Shown: positions 19,390-29,124 of the stretch, piece after piece
How positions within the stretch are numbered: position 1 is the first letter of the stretch
How the letters are laid out: each line of letters begins with the position of its first letter
From: an uncultured Acidobacteriota bacterium
GTDB taxonomy: Bacteria > Acidobacteriota > JAQAZP01
Length of the DNA stretch: 29,124 bases
Direction of reading: 5' to 3'
Assembly: GCA_963836075.1 (NCBI GenBank)
Contig: CAWIIB010000003.1
Location: 1 to 29,124, forward strand
Made by a program: the position numbers and the translations under genes
The notes under the pieces: model-generated
Databases searched by the model: none
What the model was told of the DNA's origin: nothing
Seen by the model: the letters and a program-made list of their open reading frames with translations, nothing else

Positions 19390-22300
19390 ATGAACGCAGC
19401 AGGCGGCACACTCAGCGACCTGGTCACCCGGGCCAAGGAGGGACCACATCATCCCCAGTGGTGAACTGCGGCAGATGATGGACAACCTGCCGGTGGGTCT
19501 CTACTGGAACCTGCCCGGCGACACAGGGGATCTTCCTCTACGTCAACCAGACCCTGGTGGACATGTTCGGCTACGACATCCCGCGAAGAATTCATGAGCA
19601 TCGCCGCCGCGGACCTCTACCACGACCCGGGCGACCGGGAGGAGTTCTCCCGGCGGTTGATGGATGACCGGAAGCTGCAGGGCATCGAACTGAAGCTGAA
19701 GAAAAAGGACGGGACGCTGATCTGGTGCCGGGAGAGTTGCCACGCCGTCCACGACGACTGCAGGGAAGGTGGTCTGCTTCCACGGGGTGATCGAGGACAT
19801 CACCGACCTACAAACGCCGCGAGGACCAGCTCCGGGCGGTGAACCGGCTGGCCACCCAGATCTCGGGGACCATGGGCATCGACAGCCTGCTGCGCACCCT
19901 GGTGGGCCAGGCCCGCCGGCTGGTGGAAGCCGACCTGGGCATCGTGGCCCGGGTGGACGAGGAGGGACGGCGGATCAGCGCCATCTATCCCTCCAACTTC
20001 CCGCGGAGAAACTGCCCGACGAGGCCGAGGTGCCCGCTCTCCGGCGCCATCCACCAGCTGGCCACCGGCAACGAGTTGTTCACCGACGACCTGCAGCACA
20101 AGTACAAGGACGGGATCCTCGCCTCCTGGTGCCCGGCCCTGCGGGCCTGTATCGGCGTGCCGGTGATCTACCAGGGCCGGCTGCTGGCCCTGCTTCTGCG
20201 TCGGCCGCACCGGCGAGGGGCACACCTTCGCCGCCGAAGACCTGGAGATCATCCGCACCATGGCCAGCCTGGCCGCCATCTCGATCCACTCCGCCGACCA
20301 GTTCGCCAGCCTGGTCCGGGCCGACGCGTTCAACCGCAAGATTCTCGAGACGGCCACCACCGCCGTATTCACCGTGGATACCGACGCGGCGGATCACCAG
20401 CGTCAACGATGCATTCTGCCAGATCACCGGCTGCCGGTCCGAAGACATGTGCTGGGCAAGCCATGCTCGGTGCTGGCCACCAGCACCTGCGAATCAGACT
20501 GCTGCCCTCTTCGACAGCGAGGGCCGGCGAACCGCAACTGCACCAGGAATGCCAGATCTCAGGCTGCCGATGGCCGGCGGCTGAGCATCATCAAGAACGC
20601 CGCCCTGCTCCATGACGAGAAGGGGAAGCCGATCGGCGGCGTGGAATCGTTCATCGACATCAGCGAACTGATCGAACAGCGCAAGTCGGCCGAAGCGGCC
20701 AGCACGGCCAAGAGCAGCTTCCTGGCCAACATGTCCCACGAGATCCGCACCCCGCTGAACGGCATCATGGGGATGATCGAACTGGCCCTGACCACCGAGA
20801 TGACCGGCGAGCAGCAGGAATACCTCAACACGGTCAAGACCTGCGCCGACTCGCTGCTGTCCCTGATCAACGACGTGCTCGACCTGTCGAAGATCGAGGC
20901 CGGCAAGCTGGAGCTGGAGCAGATCAACTTCGGGCTGCGGGAGCTGGCCGACGGAGTTCTCGATGTGATGACCCACCCGGCGGCGAGCAAGTCGCTGGAA
21001 CTGATCGGCCACGTGGACAGCGAGGTACCCCACCAGGTGGAGGGCGACCCCACCCGGCTGCGCCAGATCCTGATCAACCTGGTGGGCAACGCGATCAAGT
21101 TCACCGAACAGGGTGAAGTGCTGCTGAAGATCGACACCGAGTCCGGCGACGGGAGGGCGAGACTGGCAAAAATCCGTTTCACCGTCTCGGATACCGGTAT
21201 CGGAATCCCGGATGAGAAGGTGGCCGCCATCTTCGAATCCTTCACCCAGGCCGACGAATCCACCACCCGGAACTTCGGCGGCACCGGACTGGGGCTGACC
21301 ATCTCACGCGAGCTGGTGGAGGTGATGGGCGGCACCCTGGAGCTGGAGACCGAGGCCGGGCAAGGGAAGCACCTTCTTCTTCACCCTGCCGATGAAAACG
21401 GTGCAGATGGCCCGGCCCGAGCACAGCGCCCCGGTCCGCCCGAACCTCGAGGGGACCAGGGTGCTGGTGGTGGACGACAACAGCAACAACCGCCTGATCC
21501 TGCGCCAGGAGCTGGGTGAGCTGGGCTGCATGGTTGACGGAGAGCGACAGCGGCCACAGGCCATCGAGATGATCGCACGGTCGGAAGGTCGACGCCCTAT
21601 GACCTGGTGATTCTCGACCTCAAGCTGCCCGGCCTGGACGGCTTTGCCGCGGCCGAGCAGATCCGGACCTCCAACCTGCAGCAGCAGCCGCGGCTGCTGC
21701 TGATGACCGCTCTCGGCGTGCGGGGCGACGCCACCCGCTGCCGGGAAATCGGGATCGACGGCTACTTCGTCAAACCGATCAAGCGCTCGCTGCTGCTGGA
21801 AGCGATCAACCGGGTGATGGCCCCGCAGGCCGAGGACGGCGGACCCCGGCCAGGGCCCGGAACTGGTGACCCGCTACAGCCTGGAGGAGGAGAGCACGCC
21901 GCCCTCGAACACCATCCTGCTGGCCGAGGACCACCCGGTGAACACCAAGCTGGCGGTGAAACTGCTCCAGGACGCCGGGTTCGCGGTGGTGACCGCGGCC
22001 AACGGCCGTGGAGGCGCTGGAGCGCCTGGAAACCGAAGAAGGTGGACCTGGTGCTGATGGACATCCAGATGCCGGAGATGGACGGGCTGGAGGCAACGCG
22101 GAGGATCCGGCGAGCAGGAGAAGTTCGCCGATCTGCCGATCATCGCCATGACCGCCCACGCCATGGCCGGCGACCGTTCGACGGTGCCTCCAGGCAGGGA
22201 TGAACGACTACATCAGCAAGCCGGTCCGCCAGGAACTGCTGATCGGGCTGATCTCCCGCTGGCTGGGCCACGGCAGCGGCAAAAAGAGCGACTACCACGC

Positions 22301-22720
22301 CGCCACCACCTCCGGGATCCCACGACCGGAAGAACCAGCCGGCCGCCCAGCGCCGGACAGCGCTCGGAGAGTCCCCATCGACCTGAACAAGGCCCTGGCC
22401 CTGGTTTCCGGTGACCGGGGATTCCTGGTGGAGCTGCTGCGCGAATATCTCGATGACATCCCGCAGCGCCTGGAAAAGATGGGGCAGGCCATCGCAGACC
22501 GCCGACGCCGACACCGTCCGCCGCACGGCGCACAGCATCAAGGGCGCCTCCACCAGCCTGGGCACGGAGAAGATCGGCTCGCTGGCCCTGCACCTCGAGG
22601 CCCGGGCCGCTTCCGGAAACCTGGACGAGGCTCCGGACCTGCACCGGCAGATGCTGGACCGGTTCATCGGGCTGGAAGGTCTTCCTGAAGGCCGAATTCC
22701 CCGAGCTGGCCGAGGCCTGA
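19390..22720 (+). CDS. Cytoplasmic hybrid sensor histidine kinase (PAS-GAF-PAS-HisKA-HATPase-REC-REC-Hpt), heavily frameshifted
   Basis: PAS (LKKKDGTLIW...GVIEDITD), GAF (IGVPVIYQGRL), H-box FLANMSHEIRTPLNG, NLVGNAIKFT, DTGIGI, GGTGLGL, two receivers (VLVVDDN..ILDLKLP; ILLAEDH..LMDIQMPEMDG), Hpt AHSIKGAS. Start and end are approximate. Confidence 0.88.
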
Positions 22721-22774
22721 CCACCGCCGCATCGCCCTCCCCCTGACCTCCCGATTCCACCCGCAGCCCTTTCG

Positions 22775-22804
22775 TTGACAACATTTGACCCCTCACCCTA
22801 TAGT
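22775..22804 (+). promoter_or_regulatory. Sigma70 promoter of the radical SAM-pnp unit
   Basis: TTGACA (22775-22780), 18-nt spacer, TATAGT (22799-22804). Confidence 0.7.
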
Positions 22805-22873
22805 GAGTGCTCCGTTCTCCCGCCTCGCGGGAGTGTTCCGAATCGCCGCCAATGCAGTGGAAGGGGGCCGACA

Positions 22874-24143
22874 ATGAGTTCAGATCACGATACAAACGAC
22901 ACCCCGGGGACGATCAGCCCTGACCAGGCCAGCAACCTCTGGCAGCGTCTGCTGGGCGGGCACCGCGAGGAGATAAAACCGGAGAACAATCTCTGGGCGC
23001 ACTTTCTGCCCGAAGGGTGCCGCCGCTGCCTGCTGGGCGGCCGGCTTTGCCTCACCATCGGCGAACGCTGCCACAAGGACTGTTTCTACTGCTCGAACCC
23101 CATGGGTACCGACCTGATCCGGGCCGACGAATTCACCATCAACAGCGACGAGGACCTGCTCCGGCTGGTCCGTTTCAGCGACCCGGACGCGGTCTGCCTC
23201 ACCGGCGGCGAGCCGACGCTCTACATGGACCGGGCCGAACACTACGCCCGGCTGCTCCGCGAGGAGTGCGGCCCGGATTTCCACATCCAGTTCTTCACCG
23301 CCAACGCCGAGATGACCGAGGACCAGATGGCCCGGATGCACGGGGCCGGGGTGGACGAAATCCGCTGCCACCTCGCCTCGTACAAGGAGGCCCACCTGGT
23401 GGAGCGGGCCAGGGGGTATGACTGGACGGTGGCGGTGGAGATCCCCAGCCTGCCCATCGCCGACATCACCGACCGCATCGTGGACAAGGCCATCGAGCTG
23501 GGCGCCGAATTCGTCAACCTCCACGAACTGCTCTACTTCGACCATGAGGACTTCCAGCGGGTGGCCAAACGGACCAACCTCCAGCCTGGGGAGCCGTTGA
23601 GCCGCAAGATCCCCTTCGAGGCGGCCGCCGGAGAAGGTCTTCGGCACCGACATCCCGGCCCGCTTCGGCACCACCCTGCGCACCACCCTGGGCAGCAAGG
23701 AAAAAGCCCAGGCAATGATGCGCAAGACCCTGGAGACCCCGGGCAGCAAGACCGCGGTCCACTTCTGCAGCATGGCCAGCAAGTATCTGACCCAGATCCC
23801 CAACCGGCTGGCCCGCAAGGCGCGCCGGCTCAAGCGGCCCTACGAGGATATCTCCCCGGACGGCACCCTGGTCTCGGCGATCATCCGCACCCCGGACGAG
23901 CAGACCACGGCCCTGGTCCTGGAACGGCTGGCCACCCAGTTCCGGTGGAGGGCGACAAGGTGGAGCAGGGGGACAACCTGCTGATGGTTCCCTGGACGGT
24001 GGCGCTGAAAAAAGAGCGCGTTCGGCGAACTGGCCGAACGAGCTGGAGATCAGCCTCTACGAACGATACCCGGTTCCCGGTGACGCGAAGATGAGTGACG
24101 ACGGGATGTATATCGTCTTCCCCCCGGCCCCGACGCGGAGTGA
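22874..24143 (+). CDS. Radical SAM protein resembling the mainly archaeal COG2108 family (PFL-activase-related), frameshifted
   Basis: LPEGCRRCLLG upstream of the CxxxCxxC motif (CHKDCFYC), TGGEP, GVDEIRCH, VEIPSLP, FVNLHEL, VHFCS..K...QIPNRL. The 3' end is uncertain; probably TGA 24141-24143. Confidence 0.8.
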
Positions 24144-24146
24144 TCA

Positions 24147-26250
24147 ATGAAGAGCGAAACCATTTCCCTGGCCGGCACGGAGATCACCCTGGAAACCGGG
24201 CAATCGCCCGGCAGGCCGACGCCGCGGTGATCGTCCGCCAGGGGGAGACGATGGTCCTGGCCACGGTGGTGGGGGCCCGCAAGGCCCGCGAAGGGATCGA
24301 TTTTTTCCCCCTCACCGTGGACTACCGCGAAGGCAAGTGGGCCGCGGGCAAGTTTCCCGGCGGCTTCCTCAAGCGCGAGGCCCGGTCCACCGACCACGAG
24401 GTCCTGGCCTGCCGGCTGGCCGACCGTTCGATCCGGCCCCTCTTCCCCGACGGCTACCGCAATGAAACCCAGGTGATCTGCACCACCCTGAGCTGCGGCC
24501 CGGACATCGATCCCTCGGTGCTGAATCTGCTCGGGCGTGCCCCTGGCCCTGCACATCTCGGACATCCCCTGGAACGGCCCGGCCGCCGGCATCCGGGTGG
24601 CCCGGGTGGACGGCAACCTGGTGGTCAACCCGCTGCAGAGCCAGCGGGCGCGGGCCGACCTGGAACTGGTGGTCACCTCCGGGCCCGAGGGGCTGTCCAT
24701 GGTGGAGGGCGAGGCCCGGGAGGTGCCCGAGGCGGAAGTGGCCCAGGCGCTCTTCTTCGCCCAGGACGCGGTGGCCCCGGCCCTGGAGATGATGAACCGC
24801 TGGCGCGAGGAAGTGGGACGGGAGAAGCGGGCCTTCGAGCCTCCGGAGGTGAACGAGGAACTGGCCGACGAGCTGGAGCAAGCTGGCCGCGGCACCGCTC
24901 AGGGAAGCGGTCTGCACACCGGTGAAGCAGGAGCGGGGCCGGGCCGTGGAGCAGGTGCGCGAGGAAGCGCTGGCCGCCCTCTGCCCCGACGGCGACCCGC
25001 AGCGCACCGCCGAAGCTGGCCTCGCTGTTCAGCGAGCTGCACCACCAGGTGGTGCGCCGGATGATCGCCAGGGAGGGCGTGCGGATCGACGGCAGGCCGC
25101 TGGACCAGGTGCGGCCGATCAACTGCCAGGTGGGCTGGCTGCCGCGGACCCACGGCTCGGCCGTCTTCACCCGGGGCGAAACCCAGGCCCTGGTCATCAC
25201 CACCCTGGGCACCACCAGGGACCGGCAGCTGGTGGAGACGCTGTTCGGCGAGGAGCACCACAGCTTCCTGCTGCACTACAACTTCCCGCCGTACAGCGTG
25301 GGCGAGACCCGCCCGGTCCGCGGGCCCGGGACGGCGGGAGATCGGCCACGGCAACCTGGCCCGCCGGGCGCTCCAGCCGGTGCTGCCGCGACGAGGACGC
25401 CTTCCCCTACGCCATCCGCGTGGTCTCCGAGATCAGCGAATCCAACGGCTCCTCCTCCATGGCCTCGGTCTGCGGCGGCTGCCTGGCCCTGATGGACGCC
25501 GGCGTGCCGATCTCCAGCCCGGTGGCCGGCATCGCCATGGGCCTGATCCAGGAGGACGGGGAGATCCACGTGCTCACCGACATCCTCGGCGACGAGGACC
25601 ACCTGGGCGACATGGACTTCAAGGTCACCGGCACCGAGACCGGGGTCACCGCCCTGCAGATGGACAACAAGGTGGGCGGTCTGGACCGCGGCGATCCTCG
25701 ACCGGGCGCTGACCCAGGCCCGCACCGCCCGGCTGCACATCCTGGCCGAGATGGCCAAGGCGCTCACCGGCCCCCGGGAGCAGCTCTCGGACAACGCCCC
25801 GCGGGTGATGTCCCACCGGATCAACCCCGCGCGGATCAGGGACCTGATCGGCAAGGGGGGCAAGACGATCCAGGAGATCCAGGAGACCTACAAGGCCAAG
25901 ATCGACATCTCCGACGACGGCCTGGTCCGGCTCTATGCCGAGGACGGCGTCCTGGGCAGCCAGGCCATGGCCCGGATCCGCCGGATCACCGACGACCCGG
26001 AGGTGGGCAAGGTCTACCGGGGCGAAGTGGTTTCGGTGAAGGATTTCGGCGCCTTTGTCCGGATCATGGACAGCACCGAGGGGCTGGTCCACATCTCGGA
26101 ACTGGACACGGACCGGGTGGACCGGACTCGGACGTGGTTCGTGAGGGGGAAAAAATCCTGGTGCGGGTGCTGGGGGTGGACGACCGGGGCAAGCTGAAGC
26201 TCTCCCGCCGCGATGCCCTGGGGGTCAGCGAAGCCGAAGTGGATGACTAG
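24147..26250 (+). CDS. pnp: Polyribonucleotide nucleotidyltransferase (PNPase), frameshifted
   Basis: [100 protein letters not shown] (LIGKGGKTI) and S1 ([15 protein letters not shown]). Confidence 0.95.
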
Positions 26251-26728
26251 CGGTTCCAGAAAGCGGACAATTTCTACCATCCAGCTCAGCGATCTCCCTG
26301 GCGGCGGCGCCGGGCACCAGCCCCACCTTGCCGTCTTCCGTTTCGATGATGGCCAACTCGCCGCGGGTCAGTCGCCGGGCAGCATCGTCACTGACCTCGA
26401 GGAAGGGGACCCGGTTGCTGCGATTGACATAGCAGAACCGCCGGGCGCCGCCAAAGCCCTGGAATGTGGCCTCGGCGATCAGCGAGTTCAGCCGGTTCCC
26501 GCTGCTCGCCTCCTCGAGGGCCTTTTTCCGCTCTTCATCGATCTGCCGGTCCCGGGCGCGCTTCGCCTCCGCTTCGGCCTGGAGCCGGCGCTCTTTCTCC
26601 TGCTTTTCCTTCTCCAGCCCTTCCCGGCCGACCTTGCTCTGGTGGACACGCTTTTCATGGGCAGCCTTCTTCCGCTGCTTCTTGTCCACCAGCCTGGCTT
26701 TCATCAGTTCTTCCTGCAGCGAGCCCAT
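26225..26728 (-). CDS. DUF2058 (YaiL-like) family protein
   Basis: [17 protein letters not shown], Lys/Glu-rich coiled coil, [13 protein letters not shown]. The true stop may be near 26247 if the tail is frameshifted. Confidence 0.75.
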   Translation of the reverse strand: MGSLQEELMKARLVDKKQRKKAAHEKRVHQSKVGREGLEKEKQEKERRLQAEAEAKRARDRQIDEERKKALEEASSGNRLNSLIAEATFQGFGGARRFCYVNRSNRVPFLEVSDDAARRLTRGELAIIETEDGKVGLVPGAAAREIAELDGRNCPLSGTASHPLRLR

Positions 26729-26804
26729 GGCCCCCGGTCCTCCTCGAAAAACGTTTGTGCTCCGTCACGACAATATAGCGCAGGCCGCTGTCGCGGACAA
26801 TGGC

Positions 26805-26889
26805 GGGACGTACGGGAATACATGATTTATGCACTTTTCGATCCTGCCATCACCACCGGCCGGAAAAGTCATGAATTCATGTACGTCCC
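26805..26889. repeat. Imperfect inverted repeat/REP-like element
   Basis: GGGACGTAC (26805-26813) / GTACGTCCC (26881-26889). TACATGATTTATGCACTTTTCG pairs imperfectly with CGGAAAAGTCATGAATTCATGTA. Confidence 0.6.
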
Positions 26890-27055
26890 AGAAACACTCC
26901 CCCCATCCGGGGGTAGGCATCAAGTATCAGTTGATCGTCGGATTCGCCAACGCATGAGATGATTGAAAAGATCAATCACTAGACTAACATATTTATTATC
27001 AATATTATTAGAATCATCCGCACGGAGTAGAATAAACTAGCTGTTGATTTTTTCC

Positions 27056-27083
27056 TTGACAGGGACATCCGGAGACATATAGT
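27056..27083 (+). promoter_or_regulatory. Sigma70 promoter
   Basis: TTGACA (27056-27061), 16-nt spacer, TATAGT (27078-27083), with an AT-rich upstream tract. Confidence 0.65.
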
Positions 27084-27148
27084 AATTCCAGACCGAATGC
27101 TCGACCGTGGTCCATGTGAATCGAATAGGCACCAAATGTGAGAGATCG

Positions 27149-27828
27149 ATGAAAAGAACCAGATTCAACCTGACTCTTTCTGATCGCCGCCCTTGCTGCG
27201 GCGCTCTTTGTCGCCCCGCCGTCCGTGGCCGACATCTCGTCGACGACCAGGGCACGTCTGGACAGTGGTTCGGGACTTCAACAAGTCCTCCGGCGGCTGG
27301 GACCTGCAGCTGATCGTCAACGGCGACGATGAGCGCGCCATCTGGGTCACCAGAGACCCGATCCTCGATCAGGATCCGGTGATCGCTCTCGACCCGCTCT
27401 CCGGAAAGCCGGTGATCTACTGGTCCCGTCAGGTGGGAACCGAATTCCGGATCTTCCGCTCGGCACTGCAGCGGGGTCGAATTCAGCGAACCGGCGGCCA
27501 TCACCGCCGGTGGATGGGCTTCTCCGACGGGCAGCCCTACGTCCAGTACGACACGTTCGGCCAATGCCACCTGGTCTGGTATCGCCAACGGGCCGACGGC
27601 ATCGGTGCCGCCTTCTACGCCCGGTGCACCGGGGTCTCCTGGACGTCCGCGGAACAGATCAGCCTCCCCCTCGACAACGTGATCGGCACGGTGACCATCA
27701 ACGTGCCGCTTGACGAACACGATTTTCTCAGAGCCACATACCAGTATTTCGGCCCGCCACCGGCACCATCGGAGACCAGAGAGGTCTGCCGCGGCGGAGA
27801 CACCAGTCCCTGGAGCGTCTGTCACTAG
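27149..27828 (+). CDS. Secreted hypothetical beta-rich protein (propeller-blade-like repeats), frameshifted
   Basis: Signal peptide MKRTRFNLTL/LIAALAAALFVAPPSVA across an indel. Blade-like units DQDPVIALD..GKPVIYW and DGQPYVQYDTFGQCHLVWY, plus WTSAEQIS. Confidence 0.6.
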
Positions 27829-27872
27829 GCGTGGAAAGGAATCGGAGATCGGAGAGATACGACTAAAAATTC

Positions 27873-27962
27873 ATGGGGCCCAGGGAACTACGGGGGATTA
27901 TCCAAGGCAAGGCAACCCGGCAATTCCCCTCTGGAATGGCTATCCGGGGTCCTGGGTCCCAT
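27873..27962. repeat. GC-rich long hairpin
   Basis: ATGGGGCCCAGG (27873-27884) / CCTGGGTCCCAT (27951-27962), with further imperfect inner pairing. Confidence 0.45.
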
Positions 27963-27985
27963 ACTTATTGAAATACCCTGCTTCA

Positions 27986-28023
27986 GGTGCGGCGAAGCTG
28001 CTGCAACCCGGCTTCGCCGCACC
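27986..28023. repeat. Perfect 13-bp inverted repeat (REP-like or terminator-like)
   Basis: GGTGCGGCGAAGC (27986-27998) / GCTTCGCCGCACC (28011-28023). Confidence 0.6.
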
Positions 28024-28161
28024 CCATTCCCCTTGACGTCCACGTCAAGTGATGGTTCTCCACCAATATAGTCCCTCATCAGCTCGCCGTAAAGGTATCA
28101 GAATGCTCATTCTGTGCGCTTTTTTTTGTGCCTACCCGGGTTGCGGGACACCGACATCCCC

Positions 28162-28191
28162 TTGACTCCACATGGAATCGGCTCGTAAGAT
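28162..28191 (+). promoter_or_regulatory. Possible sigma70 promoter of the isochorismatase unit
   Basis: TTGACT (28162-28167), 18-nt spacer, TAAGAT (28186-28191). Confidence 0.45.
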
Positions 28192-28255
28192 GGCCGCCTG
28201 TCACGGCCCGGGACAGCTGATCCCCGGGCCTCAATGGAGTGCGATGGACGGCAAT

Positions 28256-28938
28256 ATGGCGCATCACGAACCCTACATCACTCCGCAGACCCTGGAGGCC
28301 CGCGCCAGCGCCTGGCACGCCGAGCTGGCGCAAGCGGGGATCGGCCGCCACCCGGAACCGCTGCCCCCGGCAGGACCGCCCTGCTGGTGATCGACATGCA
28401 GCGGTTTTTCCTGCGGGAGGACTCCCACGCCTTTCTCCCGGCCGGCCGCTGCGTCCTGCCCAATGTGCTGCGGCTGATCAATGCCTGGCGGGATGCCGGA
28501 GCGCCGGTGATCCTCACCCGCCACGCCGTGGCCGAGGGTGAGGATCCGGGGGTCATGGCCCGCTGGTGGCACGATACGGTACAGCGAAGGCACGGAGGAC
28601 GCACTGCTGGACACCGAAGATCGCCAAAGCCGCCGCCGGCGCCCCGGTGCTGCGCAAGACCCGATACAGCGCCTTTCACGGCACCGGGCTGGAGGAGAGC
28701 CTCCGCGAACTGGGCGTGGAACGGGTGGTGATCGCCGGGGTGATGACTCACCTCTGCGTGGAGAGCACTGCCCGCGAGGCCTTTATCCGCGATTTCGAGG
28801 TGGTGCTGGCCACCGATGCCAGCGCCTCGGCCAGCGAGGAGCTGCACCTGGGGTCGTTGCGGGCACTGGGCCACGGCTTCGCCTTTCTCGCCCGGACCGG
28901 CGAGCTGCTGGACCAGCTGAACAGCGGGGGGCCCATGA
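28256..28938 (+). CDS. Isochorismatase/cysteine hydrolase family protein, frameshifted
   Basis: TALLVIDMQ (catalytic Asp), PVILTRH, KTRYSAF (Lys), GVMTHLCVESTAREAF (Cys). Confidence 0.88.
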
Positions 28939-29124
28939 TTGACCTGCTGGTGATCGGCGGCGGCCCGGCCGGGGTGGCCGGGGCGGTCCAGGCCCACCGG
29001 GCGGGACTGAAAACCCTGCTGGTGGAGCGGAACGGATCGGCGGCCTGATCTGGAACGCCAACCTGGTGGAGAACCACCCCGGGTTCCGCGGCCCATGGAC
29101 GGGCCGGCAGTGGCCGGGCTGCTG
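28935..29124 (+). CDS. FAD-dependent oxidoreductase, thioredoxin-reductase-like; N-terminus only, cut by the window end
   Basis: MIDLLVIGGGPAGVAGA...LLVER, then IGGLIWNANLVENHPGF in a shifted frame. Confidence 0.8.

Noticed and set aside
27873-27962. SRP (4.5S) RNA or tRNA
   Set aside because: Lacks the SRP domain IV GGAA-loop consensus and a tRNA T-arm on either strand.
114-29124. Mass pseudogenisation or programmed frameshifting
   Set aside because: Indels hit nearly all genes, including pnp and the helicase, while motifs and codon bias stay intact. This fits uncorrected long-read error.
1-29124. CRISPR array, rRNA, IS transposase, prophage or defence genes
   Set aside because: No regularly spaced direct repeats or recognisable motifs for these were seen.

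Overview
GC-rich bacterial DNA, almost all coded on the + strand. Most genes are broken by single-base indels that look like uncorrected long-read errors, so CDS limits below are reconstructed across frames. (1) 114-14421 is a six-gene envelope export operon: an ABC ATPase; an ABC-2-type permease fused to an M1-aminopeptidase-like domain lacking HExxH and a golvesin/xanthan-lyase CBD-like domain; an RND adaptor lipoprotein; RND permease 1; RND permease 2 fused to a second ABC ATPase that is split by a ~190-aa membrane insert; and a small ABC-2 permease. No TolC-type gene is present. This RND-ABC hybrid is the best candidate for an undescribed system. (2) 14679-17572 holds two paralogous secreted OB/TIMP-like proteins and a secreted matrixin-like metzincin with no propeptide. 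(3) The rest encodes a DEAD-box helicase, a PAS-GAF-PAS hybrid histidine kinase, an archaeal-type radical SAM gene abutting pnp, a DUF2058 protein, a secreted hypothetical, an isochorismatase-family hydrolase and a truncated FAD oxidoreductase. Intergenic regions carry near-consensus sigma70 promoters, one clear terminator and several palindromic REP/MITE-like elements. Family names come from motif recognition, not database searches.
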